Part shown: positions 46,365-64,000 of the stretch, piece by piece
How positions within the stretch are numbered: the first letter of the stretch is position 1
Layout: each line of letters starts with the position of its first letter
Assembly: GCF_009914755.1 (NCBI RefSeq)
Contig: NC_060945.1
Strand: one strand, 5' to 3'
Origin: the human T2T-CHM13v2.0 reference genome, Homo sapiens
Length of the DNA stretch: 64,000 bases
Made by a program: the position numbers and the translations under genes
Notes under the pieces: generated by a model
Told to the model about the DNA's origin: nothing
The model's database searches: none
Seen by the model: the letters and a program-made list of their open reading frames with translations, nothing else

Positions 46365-47000
46365 AGCCCAATCTAGACCCTGCCAGGTACAGAAATCCAA
46401 GGAATTTTTAAGGGAAGCAAAGTGAGTGTTGAAAGATGAAGCATTTGAATGGTGCATTGAAGATAAAGAAGAAAAAAAATGACAGCATAAAATCTATAAA
46501 AGCTTGAGAAACACAGCTTTTTGTAAGCTTCAGTGGCCTTGCTTTGAGGTGGTACCTGGGGTGAAAGCCAAGACTGCAGTGTTACCTGTACTTGACTGGT
46601 TACTGGCATTAGATGAAGAGTTCGACAGCATAGAAATTGCCAAGGAAACATACGTGTATTGTGAGGCCATCTGGCATAAGAAGTTGAAAAGAATTTCAGC
46701 TTTGTAATAATATGAAAATATTGTTTGCAAAAGGCAGTGAAAAGGAAGTCTGGGAAATATGGCTCAGAAAGTCAAGCAATGATCACAAATATGTAGGTGG
46801 AGCTTACTTCATTTAAAACTTGATTGTTTTCGCCTCATCCCCAGGCTTTCAAGGAACCTGAGAGCTTCTCTCCAAGATCTCCTTTATTGTTACAATTAAT
46901 TGGGGTGAAATATTGCAGGAGAAAGCCATAACACACAAACACATCCCAGTCTTGGGATGACAGTATTTTCACTAACTAATAGATACTTTAAGAAAGTACA

Positions 47001-47313
<313 letters not shown>

Positions 47314-49093
47314 TTATACTGGAGACAGGGAACCACAGCCTCAGGGATACTTTATGATGGAGACTGTGGATGGAGACTGAGGACATTGGAGAAATTGTCT
47401 AGCATGGGATTCTCTGAATTCAGGCACATTCCAAACAAGGAAAATGATGCTGAATTTGTTATTTTTAGAATTATTCAAATTGATGGAAGACAAAAATTCA
47501 AAGGCTATCCCCGGTAATGTTCAAGGATATGCCTAAACAAGTTATGTAACAGAAATTTAAAAAGCAGAGAATTTTCAATACAGAACAGAGCAGTGAAGTT
47601 TTCAAGTGCATTTTCTTCTGTAATCATTCAAAACCGTAAACAATTGGAAGCATCAGTTTCATACTTCATCTCTTCCAATTCAGGAGAGAGAGTGCCCTAA
47701 TACCCACGCAGAAGTATATAACAAATTTAGGAACTATTTTTCAATTGGTTTATGTTAAGTGTCAGCTTTGGCAGCATAACAATGACTTATATCTATGTGT
47801 AAATTCATATGAATAGAGAAATCACGTATACATATTTGTGTATACACATGCACACATATATATATATATATATTTTAAAAATTATTAATACATTGGGTCA
47901 GAGAATGAAAAGTTTTGATACAGAAACTGATAGTAATAAGTAGATATAAACTACCAGGCTGCTACTGTGCTGAAAGGTCAATTTTTATGTCATTATGGAC
48001 TCATTCATTTATATATTAAAAAAATGAAGCCAAAAAGCATAACTAGAACCAGAGTCACGGTTGGAGCTTTCAATTGTTTTCAATTGCTTGTTCAACTGCA
48101 TATAATCAGTCAACTAGGCAGTTGGCTTGTAGGGAATCTCCTAGGCTTTAGGACACTTATGATAACAGCTATGGTCTGATTGGCACTTGCCCTACCCTAC
48201 AAAGATTGCACTTGAAAGTCAAACTTTGAGATAATGGAGGTGGAAGCAACCGGCACTACTCAGTATAAATGTGTGTTTCATACAACCACTACTTCAGGAA
48301 TGGTGAATCCCTTCTATAACCTGCTATTGAAGGTATAATGATCAAGAGTATGAGGCACAGTCAATGTGCCTAAGTCGAACAAAAGAAAGAACAATTGAAT
48401 TATGTGAATGGAGGAAGTAGAATTTCAGAGAAGCACAGGAACATCTTCTCACAAATACAGACACAAATATATATATATATATATATAAATACACACACAC
48501 ACACACACACACACCCCTACACATACATATAGCCCAAAACATCAACAAATAAAAATACACAAGTATTTATACCATTAGTCAAATTTGCATTGGAACTGGT
48601 TTACAAAACTAAATTGAAGTAGAAAAATATATTACATGCTCAGAGAAAAATTGAGAAGTACCTGGGATTTATCTTTGGTTCTTTGTGGATTTTACATATA
48701 ATGCTTGAATAAAAACTCTTCTTTCTTTTTCTCCCTAACATAATGTAGAAAAGGGATAAAAATGAAAATGATAGTTTTCTAAAAATACATTCTTTAGAAT
48801 CATAATGTCTTTGGGCTAGTTAATAGGCATTATGCAAGCATACAAAAATTGCTATGTTTAAATATGTGAAAAACGTTAGATCAAACAATTACACAGATTT
48901 TCTTGGTGCAGACATGGAAAGAGCTATAATATAACATTGTATATACAATCAGCAAAGAATAATGAAGTTTTATTTTCCAAAATGAAATCTGATGTAGGGA
49001 ACACTAATAAGCTACAAAAGACATTTGGAAAAATGTTAATCTCAGAAGGTTTTCTCAGGTCTTTTCATACACAGAATGTTATTTTTAGGGCAC

Positions 49094-49895
49094 GTGGTAT
49101 AAAAATATGTGTTTAGTCATTGTGGTCAACTTCTGACACAGAGTTCCAAAAGCCCTTGGAATTCCGTGAGTGATAGGAAGGTCTTTTGTTATTCATAAAG
49201 AACCCTTTTAGACACACCTGAGTTTCTACTTGAGTTTATACCTTGTTGAGGTCCCTAGATAGCTTCAGGATGAGGACTGGTCACCAGAAAGACCAATCAC
49301 ATGATTAGAGAACTGGAAATTTCAGCCCTACCCCCTGACTTCTGGAGAGAAGGAGGGGGCTGGAGACTGGGTTATAAAAACTCCTGAACAACAAGATGTG
49401 GGGAGCCTCCAGGCTGGTGAACACATTTATGTGCTGAGAAGGTAGAGAGTACGGAAAGGGTATGGCAACTGTGCCACCGTCTGCCTCCTATACATTGTTT
49501 TATGTCTTCCATTTGTCTGTTTCTGAATTAATCCTTTATAAAAACCTGATAATTTCAAGGAGAGCACTTTCCTGAGTTCTGTGAATCATTCTAGAAAATT
49601 GTGGGACCTGTGGAGTAGGTCCTACGGCTGACTTCTCAATTTTTCTCTGAGCACGTAGGAAGCCCTGAACTTGTGATTGGCTGGACTGGACGAAACCATG
49701 AGGAGGCTGAGAAGCCCATTTGCAGCTGCCAGCTGAAGTGGGGGTGGCTTCGAGAGACTGAGTCCTTGACCTGTGAGTCTGCACTAGGTCCAGGACTTAG
49801 AGTCAAACTCGAGTTGCTAGACACTCAGTTGATGTTGAATAATTAGAGCATTGGTTGTTGGTGTGGGAAAATGCCATACATTTTGTGTCATAGAA
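49094..49895 (+). mobile_element. MER21-like LTR
   Basis: cccttggaattccgtgagtgatagg...ggtcaccagaaagacca...ttcctgagttctgtga. Confidence 0.8.
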
Positions 49896-50079
49896 AAAAA
49901 GTACCGCCCAGGCGGAGGGAAGCAAAATAGAAGCTGATGCTGCCCAAGGTGATCACTCCCAGCCACCAGTTCTCAGCCAGTCCTCACTGCCTTTAGAACT
50001 GGGAATGGTGACTCTTAACCCTGGCAGCACGGAAGCACCATTTCTCCAGGCCCCATTTCAGAAAATGTTACTTTTAATT

Positions 50080-53170
<3,091 letters not shown>

Positions 53171-56100
53171 TAAATACTCCAAAGTCAAAAATCCTTCCAG
53201 GTGGGCTTCAAGCAAGTGAATGTTTCAATATTGCCTCAGGTGCTTCTAATTTTCAGCCAGCTTTGAGAAGCTTCAGTTGAGAGATTAATGTCTTGGTCAT
53301 TGATGTAATCCTTAAATAGATGACAGTAATCCATTTAATGCACAAGTTTATACTAAACACACATCTCAGGATGTTCTGCAGAATAATCCATTGGCGTCTT
53401 ATTTTTTCAGTAAGACAGTTTTCCTGTAAATTTAATAATGCAAAGGCATACTTCCTTCATAGAAAAACATTATTTTCTCTCTAACATTACAACATTTCCT
53501 AAATGGTTAAAATAGTAAGGGAGCCTAATTCCATAAAATTTATCTTGAAAATTTCAACTGTTGGAAAAAAGATTCAAATACAGTATTCTTCTGTTGCTAA
53601 TTATTCAATAAATCACAAAAGGAATTCTTTATTGTGATTTATTTTTCTCACTAAATATTCTCAGCTTATGTTTAGTAGTAGCAACTCATCAAAAAAAATT
53701 TTTAAAAGGGAGAGTAAAAGAAGCAAAATGAAATCCCCAAATCAGGCAGGTGTAACTGGTAGCCTAACAGCAAAATTTGGCCCTCAGACATTTTTTGTTT
53801 GGCCTATAGAATTTTTTAAAACTTTGCCAATATTTTTAAACTGAGAGATGTTATATAAAAATGAAGATTCAAATTTTTTAAGATGTTAGAAACTTGATGG
53901 GACCACTACCATAATTTTATCAGCACCCCACTGCCTCCCATGTTGGAGGAAGCATCTGCATCCTAGTAGTTTTATCCACATAAGGATCTTGGTTGGCAGT
54001 GTGGGTAGATTATTTGCAAGCCCAGCTATAAATAAGTTCTATAATTTTAAGCATCCTAATTATCACCATTCATTCCACACTTTGTCAAGTGGAGTGTGTT
54101 TGGGGTGCTGATTGGGTGGAAGATATTATAGATCAATCTATAGTAGAGATTGTCAGAGAAAACTGCAAATAATATATGGAGAAATATGCATCAAACTTGT
54201 AAAATCATATGATTGGAGATATTTCTAACAAAGTTGTTAGTGGAATTTTAATTAGATAGATGTTAAATCTGAGGGTTTTTAATTAAAAAAACACAGATAT
54301 TAACACAATCCTGGTAGGCGGAGACATGGTGTTAGAAATAGGAGTAACAATGCAAAATAGACCTAGAAGAAAAAACTGGGACCTAGTTGTTGCCCTCTAA
54401 GAAATCTCCCTCCCTTCCCCAAGCTCCACGCCATTGAAGCAGAGCAGAAATAAAGAATTTCCCACAATAACCAACATACGTACATATTATATGGGTTTCT
54501 TGAAGTAGCCAGGAAGTTCACTATTTAAAATCCAGGGTCAATGTCATGTAGCATTTACTGTTAATAGAACTTAATGAACGTGTTTGGAATGATGACTATT
54601 GTAAAAGCATGCCATTTCATGGAATCAGAAAATTAGTTCAGAGAGAACTTGTAGGGAAGCTGACTTGATTATAAGCTTCTGAGTTATGTGGAATCTGTTT
54701 ATAACATCATTCTGGCTAAAAATATTGCTAGTCCCAATATCTAAGATAGAAATACATCTTCAGGGAGGAAGGGGTTAAACTGCCCCACAGCTGTGGCAAA
54801 ATAAATAGTTATTCGCATTATTTTCCAAGATGAGAGAAAGAATTTATTTTGGATTCTATTACTTCTTTAGATCCAGAGAAACACAGAGGACAACAGAATT
54901 TGGATATACTTTAGAACTAAAAGAAAATCCATAACCTGATTCCTCTGAGTCTGTGTAGATTCTAGAATGTATGTTAACTGAAAAAAAAAAAAAAAACAGA
55001 AAGCAATATTGTGAATACCAACAACTCTCTCTTTCATTAAGAAAAATGGATGAGATCAAGTCAGGGTTTAAGTGTAAGACAGAGAAAGAAACCTAATTAA
55101 AACGAGTGTAAAAGCATTCTAGATAATTCGACAAAAATGTTGAAACACGGAAGAGGGTTTCTCTTTATGAACCTTACAGATAAAGAATAATTTCTTTCCT
55201 AACTCATTGCAATTAACTTTAGCTGACAGGAAGGGAAAAAATAAAAAAAATATGTAGTACAAAAACATTTGAAAAAATACTACAGTTAATCTTTGGATAA
55301 CAGCACCAATGTAGCTTTAAAATTTGTTATAATACAGACTTTTTCCACCTTCATTTTATATAATTTACTAACATATATAGATAAGAAAAGTCTTTATAAT
55401 CCTCCAGCACTGTGTTTACTCACCCAGATAGTTCCAGGATTAACTATTGGAGGCCTCCACAGATGTCTATATCTTATTCTTTACCTTCCTTGAAACTGGA
55501 AACCATTCCCTGTGAAGAAATATTACGAAAAGTTACACAGATGGCCTTGAAACTTAAATATATAATTGGAATTTCTCTTTTCCTCACCAAGGAAAAGAAA
55601 CAGTTCTGGTTGGAGGTGGGAATAGCTAGTTATCCATGACCCAATTTATAGCTCTATTTCTAGCCCATTAAATTCTATATAGGCAAAAGTTTAAAACTAG
55701 TCCAAGAAGGCAAATGACATACTTTTAAGCACTTAAGAGAAATTACCAAGTTGTCTACTTTCTCAGTGTAGGACTATTATTTTTTGGGTTGTCTTTTTGT
55801 AAAAATTTTTAGTGTTGAACAAATAATAAAAGCAATTATACAATGAGTGAGCATTCCCTTAATCTATTCCTAAGAAAAATAATTTCTTGTGGTACAGCTT
55901 CATTTTCATATGAAAAAATTTTACTGATTTTTATAGGCCTTTTATAAATGAACATTTTGGAGAGAAAATGTGGAGCCCGGGGAAGCATGTCTCCAATAAT
56001 GCAAACAGTCTTTATTATAATAACTTCCTGGATTTTCTCATAGCTTAGACCCCTTTTTGTTTTTAATTGACGTTCTATTTATATTATGCTAACATAATTA

Positions 56101-56244
56101 CTCTTTGATATGATGAAAATTTGATGGCTGTTCTCTTTATCAAGATGTCAGGATTTTTTGGTATATAACACTTTGTCATACATACTTTAAAAAATGGATA
56201 CATGCCCACAGTCAACATGTAAGTCATTTTATTAGGAATACATT

Positions 56245-57010
56245 TGTTCATTAAGCCAATATTTATTGAGATCTTTTAATGAATCATAAACAACTCCAAA
56301 GAATTGCATGATCTAGAAAAGTAACCAGACAAGAAATATAAAATGAAATATACACATGGTATAGTACAGAAGAGATATTATTTGTTCAACTGGGCATGCC
56401 TCCCAAAGGGCATGTCTATGCTGAAATTTTAGAGTTGAGTGGTAATTAACACAGGAAAGATTTGGAGAGGCTGTTTGTGGTGATGAAGGCACAGAGGTGC
56501 AGGAGGATGGAATAGCTGTATGAATAACAAGTAGTCTGCTATGTTTGGCTGGCACAAGGGTCTGAGTGGTGGATTGGTAAGATCTGAGTTAACTAGGTCA
56601 TCCGAGACCAGCTCTCTAAAGACCAGGTGAAAAGTTTACAAGGAAGCTGTTGAAGAATTTTAAACAGAGAGTAACCATGTAAGATTGTATTTAAAAACTA
56701 ATCCAACAGCTGTCTTGAGAATTAAGATTGGAGGAGTTTGAGACAGTAGGCAGAGAAAAATAAGGCAGTGAAAAGGAGAGAAAGAGGGAGTGAGGTTTAT
56801 TACAGGGATGACAAGCACAATGGAAAGGATTTGGGTAGGGAGAAGAGAGAAAACTATACAAAATATTTATTGGGCAACAGACTGGGCTTAGTGGTGACTT
56901 CCTCTGAGGCAGAATATAAAAGAGGAAGAATAGGGTCTGGAGGGAAGACAGAGATGGGTTTTGGGGATACTAATGGATGTTTCAGTATGACCCCTAAGTG
57001 GATAATTAAT
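56245..57010 (-). mobile_element. L2 remnant abutting the putative mRNA 3' end
   Basis: ttcattaagccaatatttattgag tail and degenerate L2 body (aagaattttaaacagagagtaac). Confidence 0.65.
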
Positions 57011-57030
57011 CAGTTGTGATATTAAAAATA

Positions 57031-57036
57031 TTTAAT
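57031..57036 (-). terminator. Putative distal poly(A) signal ATTAAA, cleavage ~57013-57018
   Basis: Minus strand reads GTTATTAAATATTTTTAATATCACAACTG, with CA dinucleotides ~13-16 nt downstream, at the unique/L2 boundary. Confidence 0.6.
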
Positions 57037-60000
57037 AACTAATGCAACAAAGGCAATGCTTAATACCGTGGATGTTGGCAAATTCCCTACCGTAAAATGC
57101 TGGAGGCTTCCTGACTTACCAAGCAGCAGGGAGGGAGAAAGAAACTTAACTGCTGTAAGGTTGGAAGGTCCATCACACCAGAGCTGGAGAACTGCCAGTC
57201 CAGACGGAAGGTACTTAAAGGGTGTGACAGCAGCTTTAAATGGCTTGTTAGTGCAGTTGACACCTTCGCAGCCATACCAGTACACCGGGATGAATACCAG
57301 CCTTGTACATGTGCATCTGCGTATCAGGAGAGCAACCTGTATTAGACATTGAGTTTTGGGAGCCTTTTCCCTTTGTGCCAGTTCCCAGAGTTCTTTGTAA
57401 GAAGACACTTCCTACTATTTCCATTTTATTATTCAATAATGGATGCTTTTACTCCATTTCTTACAGGTTTATTCCTAAAGAACAGGAGTTTCCCCTTTCT
57501 CCATGTTCATATTAAATTAATTAAGTGGTTCTTTTTTATCATAGTATCAAACACAGATTCAAAAATAAAACAAAGACAGACATTGATATGGCATTTTAAA
57601 GAGGATTCTTTTAATTTTCTATTTAGAATAATATTAAATAATGACTAAATATTATCTGCATTGTTTCTTACTATGTTCTTGATAATTTCTTTTATTTTTT
57701 TCATTTTCTCTTCTTTTTTAGAAAATCAAAACTTGTATAACCTAACAGCATGTTTCAGAAGCACCAAGCACTGTAAAGATTCTGAGATTGTATTCTTCTT
57801 GCAAGCTAACAAGTTAGACTGCCACTGTTTCATGAATTCTGGCAGAACATATGACACTCTTGAGTGAGGCACAAATACCTTTATGAGTCACAACAATTCC
57901 AGTAGCCAGAATATCAGCATTTTGTTGAGCAAGTTTCTCAAGCTCCAACTCCCAGAGGGCAAGCCAAAGACAGTAGGTGAAGCTCGCACACGAAGTGAGT
58001 TGTGTTAACAGCAGAAAAGCACAGAGTTTAGGGGAGCTAATTCTTCTATAAAAGCAGTAAGCATGCCTTCACCTTGCTCCAGAGGTAGACATTATTTTAC
58101 TTTACTGGACAGTAAACAAATCTGCCCTTTGTGCTTGAGGGAGATATTATTCCTATCTTCCAAGGCTGTGCATTGTACAAACATCATTGGAAGGAGTCCA
58201 GACCAACATGTACAGAAATAAAAGAGATCATAGGGGGATTGTCTTCGTATGTTATCTGCACATTCCTTTACTATCCTGACTTCTGGACAATTTCTCTGTA
58301 AGTACACCTCTTCATTGACCACTTCAGTTAAACTGTCCATTAGTAGCTGGGACCAAATCTGTTCAATTTGTTTCATTTAGCATTTAACTTAGGCCACTAT
58401 CAACACCACCTCAAGCAGCAGGATGAGGCCGTTCTGCATATTTAAACCACTCCCCAGCATCCTGGTCTTAACCAGTTGAACAAATCCCATAAGCCATCAG
58501 GGTCTACCTTGGAAAGCCATGCGACTTTCTCCTTAGGTTTCTGAATTGACTATTCCATAGGGCTGGAGACCTTAATCCTGAACAAAAGAATATATTAACA
58601 ATTACGGTCTCCACCTTTGCATGCAAGAAGGAATTTTAGGGCATTTTTAAATCTAAAATAGGTCACTGAATTGAGGCTGACCTGAAAATCTTCTAGGGCC
58701 AAGTAATATTTCCTTATACACTTGAAGTTCTCTTATGACCACATCTGACGAGCAAGACATCTTGTTTGCAGAAAGAAAAAAGTTAACAACTGGCTTCTAC
58801 TCAGGAAATATAGTTGAGTAGTTCTCAGCGTTCCCAGTTTAGCTTGAATAACTCGGTTTAATCCCTGTTTGCGGAGAGCCTGCTGGGGGCATTCAGTTCA
58901 AGCTATACCGTATACTGTATTCTATGTTATCAGCCGGATGGCATGCTTCTCCCCGGGGAATGACTAAGGAGCAGCTGTAAAAATAGGCATGAAGCAGAGA
59001 CAGTACACCTGTGTTGACAAGTTGCTTAGAAGATTCAGAAGAAGGAGCCATTCTTTGCAGTTTCTATAGATTTCTCCATAAGATTAAGGCAAATAGTGAT
59101 CTAATTGTGGACAGAGATGTCTGCTGGGCATAGCTAACCCAGCAGGTGGTTAAACTGAAACTTCTTGCAACAGTTCCAGAGAGAAGCCCCACAGTGATTC
59201 CTTCATGAGGAAGGCTCCAAAGGCAGATCTGAAAGATGAAGGTCACCGATATTCCTCCTTCCCCTACACCTCTCTCAGGATCTGATATACTTGTTATCTG
59301 GCACATTAGGTACCTGGTTGTTGCTCTCCCTCTACTACCACAAAGCCCATGTGCCACATTTTAGTAGAAATAATTTTACTTATTTTCTTGTCAGAATTTT
59401 TCTCTGGAAGAGTCAGGTGTACGAAGAGCAGGGACAGTTTTATAGAATTTACAGAGATTTGTTGTGTTCTCTACATTGGCTCACATTGCCAATAGTAGTG
59501 TATTGGACCAGATGATCACTATCTTTGTGATCTAGGATTATGCCAGTATTACAGGAGAATACAGGAAACTGAGCCAGAATTAAGCCTAATTTCCCTAGGC
59601 AGGCTCAGTGTGCATTCCAATCAGGCTGAATTGGTGTTACTTTTACAGGAAAAAAATGAAGCATCAGATCCAGAAATGGTAATGGCAGAAACCTGAAATG
59701 CTTATATATAACTTCTGACTTGTTTTGTCCTGATAATTACCCAGAAAGCACTTGAGAGTGGATTATTTCTTTCTGGTGATAGCTACATTCATTCACAAAA
59801 CTGCCCTGTATGTGAACCAAAAAGAGGTAAGGATGGTGGCAAACTTCTAATGTCAACTTTTAAAGAGGCCTTTCTAATGCTCAGAAAATACTAGATGACT
59901 GTGGATGAGAACAATGGGTGACCCACTGAATACCTTGACAATCACTTATTTTTTTAGTAGGTTTTGTGATAAAAGGCCCACCACTGCCAAATTTCAAATG

Positions 60001-60968
60001 GTCCAGAAAATTGAAAATGTGACCCATATTAGTTTCAGGAGCTACAGCGATTTGGCCTGAGCCAGCAGTTGGACTAGAGCTGCAACTCTCTAACCTAAAA
60101 AAGTGTCACTGATGCTGAGGCATGACTGATAGTTCCATATGGGGTTACATGCCTGATATATTCATTCCGCCAAGAATGGGCCAGTGCAATACTGCATGCC
60201 ATGCAGCTTCGTTACCTTGAGATAAAAGAAAAAGGTCAACATTTCTGGGGAGTCACAAATGTTGCATGTAGTGGTAGCCTCTGCAGTAGAAACACAGAGT
60301 TTTTATTTTGTATCTAGTCTAAAATGGTGGATGTGTTGTCACGCACAGGCATACAGGAAGCAATGGTAACAGTCTAGGCGGTTCTTGATTCCAATTGTTC
60401 TTATAAAAACTAGACCCTTATCGGGGGTATCTAGACGACTTACCCAGATCAGCATTCATGATTTGTTTTTGTTTGTGGTTTCAAAGAGGAGTGACTTTAA
60501 AATGCTAGTCTGCAGCTTTCCAAACAGCAGATCCAACACTAAGCTATTGGAATGGACCTAAGAGTCAGTGCTGGAGAAAGACATTATGTTTAAGATAATG
60601 GACTATAAATAACCCTGCACTGTGCTCCAGAAGGAGACACTATCTCTGTCTTCCAAGTCTGTTCACACTACAAACTTCATGAGACAATAGTCGAGAAGAA
60701 AGGCAGTCAGATGTGAAGAGATTTCCCAAGGAGAAATAGTGGACAGAGGCTTAACTATTCTGAGGACATAATCTATTAACTGCTTCATATGGTTGAAGTG
60801 CCCTAATTCCTTTTTTAACCAAGATAAGTGACAGTGACAACCACCAATTACAGCCTTTTATTCTCTAATTAGACCAGTGACAAGTGGGCATCCTCTATTT
60901 TCTAAGAGAATTTATTATAAGAGCTGAGCATATACTTTAAAATATATATAACTAAAAGAAATAATTTT

Positions 60969-61290
<322 letters not shown>

Positions 61291-61733
61291 CTATTCATCC
61301 TCTCTGTTTGTTATTATTTATATAAATTATCTTTTGCAAACTTAATATTTGAGTTCGTTTAGTAATATTTGTTCAAGGGTATAGTTGAACAAGCACAACA
61401 TATCCAGAGGAAGAAAGAATTGTCACATGAGGATGACCAAAAGACTTTCTAGAGTGAAAATAAAGGATTTTCCATGGATATCTAAGACATTCACTCATGC
61501 TAATAGTAGGTGTTCTATATTTCAAAGCAATAAATATTTTACATAATTAATGCTAAAATGGTTATTGTGCAACCATTCCTAGCTCCTGAGGTCTCCTATA
61601 TTATTTGAGCATGGGTCTTCTCATTTCAAAGGTAATTGGATGCTGATAGTTATTACAGAAAGGATGAATAAATTATCTCTTTCCAATGCAGTCATAATTT
61701 CAGCTTCCATCATGAACTTCCCTATTTAGCATC

Positions 61734-62433
<700 letters not shown>

Positions 62434-64000
62434 CATAAAGCATGTTTCTTTAAATATTAGCATTTGAGGTATTCATTTCACCGGTGTTACCACCTCTCAC
62501 ACACTAGGTATCAGGGCAATTTCCGTAACTGCAATGCACGGTCTCAGAGAAAGGACAATTAGAAGCCAAGAGTCGGCAAAGAAAGAAAAGGTGTGTTTTG
62601 CCCATCTTCCCATGATGCCTCAGAGAGACATGGGGAGTGGAGGCTGGGTGAGCTCCTGATCACACACATGGCTTTCTAGTCGAGTGAAGGGACCTTCGAT
62701 AAGGTAAGCATGAGAACAAACTGATTCAAAGAGGGATACACACGAGTTTCGGATTTGAGAGCCAGGCTGTCTGCACTGGTTGATAGCTTTTCTTTACAGT
62801 TATCTGAAAACAGGGGTATCTGGGAAATTTAATCCCTCTCAGCATCACAGCAAAATCAATGTCAGTGTAGTTGCTTCCATGAGAAGAGGAGCGGTGGCTG
62901 AGGTTCTGGGAAGCACACTTCAGACAAGGCCAAGGTCAAGGCCTGACTGATTCAGCCAGTAAAAACACAATGGCCTTTTTAGATTCAGACACTTTTATCA
63001 CTTACATAGACCATGCAAGTAAGTATAGCCAAAGATGCCCGCTCCCTAGCTCCTTATCCCACACACCAAACAGATGACACTGACATAAAAGTCACAGAAT
63101 CATCACAGTACCAGTTGTGGAAAACTCTGCTGAGATTCAGTTCTTGAATGCAAAATTCCTTTTATGATCTGCAACTATACCCCGAGATGGAGTGGGGACA
63201 TAAACCCTCAGAACCCCAGAAACAATGAGAAACTATTTCAAAATAGCCTCCCAGGGAAAAAGAGGATGATTTGGAAATGGCCCTGAGATAGAGCCTCACA
63301 AGCCTTCTATCTTTGCCTGTTGAGGGAAAATCACAAACTATTCCTCCAAGACTCGAGGAACAGTGTTTTAAGCCTTTGCCTGTATGGATATGTGGATAGG
63401 TGTAAGGTCTCCAGGCCACCATGCTGATGCTGTTCCCCTACAGATCTCCCTGGCTGACTGTCCATGAAGCACAGAGTGAAGATTCAGGGTCATTTTTAGA
63501 CAATCCTACCCTTTTATCCCTTTTATCACAGATATAGTAAATCAATAGTAAATAAGAAATCAACATCCACCCTGAATCATATGCAAAAGAAATGATTTCT
63601 GGGTATTGGTTTGAATTGCAAAATGCAATTTAAACATTCTGTAGTCATAATTTGATCCCCAGGTCACAACATAATTCATTTTAGGAAAAAAGAAATCAAG
63701 TGTAAGACTGAAAGCAAGGATGCATTAATCAGGGTTGCCTATTATTTCTTCCTTTGATCTCCCTGACCGTAATATTACTGACAGGAATTCAGTCATGCAG
63801 TGGGAGGTTACAGGGCCCTTTGTAAAAAAAACAAGTTTTGTAGATGTTTTAAATTTTAAAACACCACAGTCCTTTTAAAGTCATTTTGCACTTAAATTAT
63901 TCAATGTTGGCAGATAGTTTAAGTCATCTCATTAATGGCTGTATCTGTGGGTTGTTTTTTTCCTCTTTCATGTAAATCATAACACATTGTAATGATAGGG

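Noticed and set aside
57022-57408. 128-aa minus-strand ORF and overlapping ORFs
   Set aside because: No recognisable domain; lies at the distal end of a putative 3' UTR and overlaps the poly(A) signal

Overview
Primate (very likely human) genomic DNA: AT-rich, no CpG island and no supportable protein-coding exon. Bases 1-~57,000 are a repeat-dense intergenic region. It holds two full-length MaLR elements with intact 5-bp target-site duplications (MST at 435-2866, THE1B at 26112-28423), about ten solo LTRs, old L1M/L2/MIR fragments, DNA-transposon relics and ~17 Alus, many nested. From ~57,015 to the end the sequence is mostly unique and looks like the distal ~7 kb of a long minus-strand 3' UTR, with poly(A) signals at its left end. 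I tentatively recognise it as SEMA5A (5p15.31), from memory and not from an alignment. The most interesting element is an inverted AluY pair inside that UTR, a predicted dsRNA/ADAR substrate. Other observations are a miR-204/211 site, alternative poly(A) signals, DUX4-type motifs, a perfect 48-bp palindrome and an unexplained 25-bp direct repeat. I see no evidence for a wholly new biological system. Repeat subfamily names come from recalled consensus sequences and need RepeatMasker/Dfam confirmation.
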